DNA from: an uncultured Candidatus Saccharibacteria bacterium
GTDB lineage: Bacteria > Patescibacteriota > Minisyncoccia > Phycocordibacterales > UBA9973
Reading direction: 5' to 3'
DNA: 64,000 bases
Assembly (NCBI GenBank): GCA_964527185.1
Contig: CAZGOI010000001.1
Coordinates: 6,010 to 70,009, forward strand
Part shown: piece after piece, positions 63,659-64,000 of the stretch
Layout: each line of letters begins with the position of its first letter
How positions within the stretch are numbered: position 1 is the first letter of the stretch
Program-made: the position numbers and the translations under genes
The notes under the pieces: model-generated
What the model was told of the DNA's origin: nothing
Database searches by the model: none
Seen by the model: only the letters and a program-made list of their open reading frames with translations

Positions 63659-64000
63659 TTATTTCAGCGCTTTGATGCCAGGCAAGGTGCCTTTGACCAA
63701 AAAATCAAGGGTCGCTCCCCCGCCGGTCGAGACAAAACCCAATTTTTTTTCTAGTTTTAGTCTTGAAATAAGTTCGTCGGTATCACCACCACCGATGATA
63801 CTTTTGGCATCAGAGTTTGCGATGATTCTAAGCAAGGCATCACTGGCTGCGGCAAAACCATATTCATATTTCCCAAGTGGCCCGTTCCAAAGAATGAATT
63901 TTGATTTTGAGACCAGATTTTTCAATAGTTCTATCGTATCTTTTCCGGCGTCGACCATATACTCGTTGCTTTTAATTTCATTTGGTTTTGTAAATCTTTT
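63659..64000 (-). CDS. pgk: Phosphoglycerate kinase, C-terminal part (runs off the window)
   Basis: WNGPLGKYE, IGGGDT and STGGGATLDFL..GTLPG motifs. Confidence 0.93.
   Translation of the reverse strand, partial: KRFTKPNEIKSNEYMVDAGKDTIELLKNLVSKSKFILWNGPLGKYEYGFAAASDALLRIIANSDAKSIIGGGDTDELISRLKLEKKLGFVSTGGGATLDFLVKGTLPGIKALK

Overview
Chromosomal window from a Patescibacteria (CPR; Parcubacteria-like) genome, inferred from gene content, mostly SD-less starts, an unlinked intron-containing 23S-5S locus and rplK without rplA. Most of it is housekeeping: murI, msrB, ndh, secDF, uppP, folD, rodA, rplJL, ftsK, recA, efp, secE-nusG-rplK, a MacAB-type ABC set, rpsL-rpsG-fusA, rpmB, split comEC, sod, rnhA, recJ and pgk. 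It also has tRNA-Ser(GGA), a 23S rRNA with a 448-nt ORF-less group I intron at E. coli position 2593, a 5S rRNA and a cluster of surface or secreted protein genes. The highlight is a complete diversity-generating retroelement (DGR) at 1248-3709. It comprises an RT, Avd, a 111-bp template repeat (2616-2726) and a target gene whose variable repeat (2973-3083) differs from the TR at 14 positions, all TR adenines. The architecture is unusual. avd is on the opposite strand to TR, RT and target, and overlaps the RT gene head-to-head. One C10/G10 tract (2221-2230) in the overlap puts both genes out of frame with their apparent ATGs, and losing one base (C9) restores both. This is a candidate single-tract, double-strand phase-variation switch for DGR mutagenesis, although a homopolymer assembly error is not excluded.
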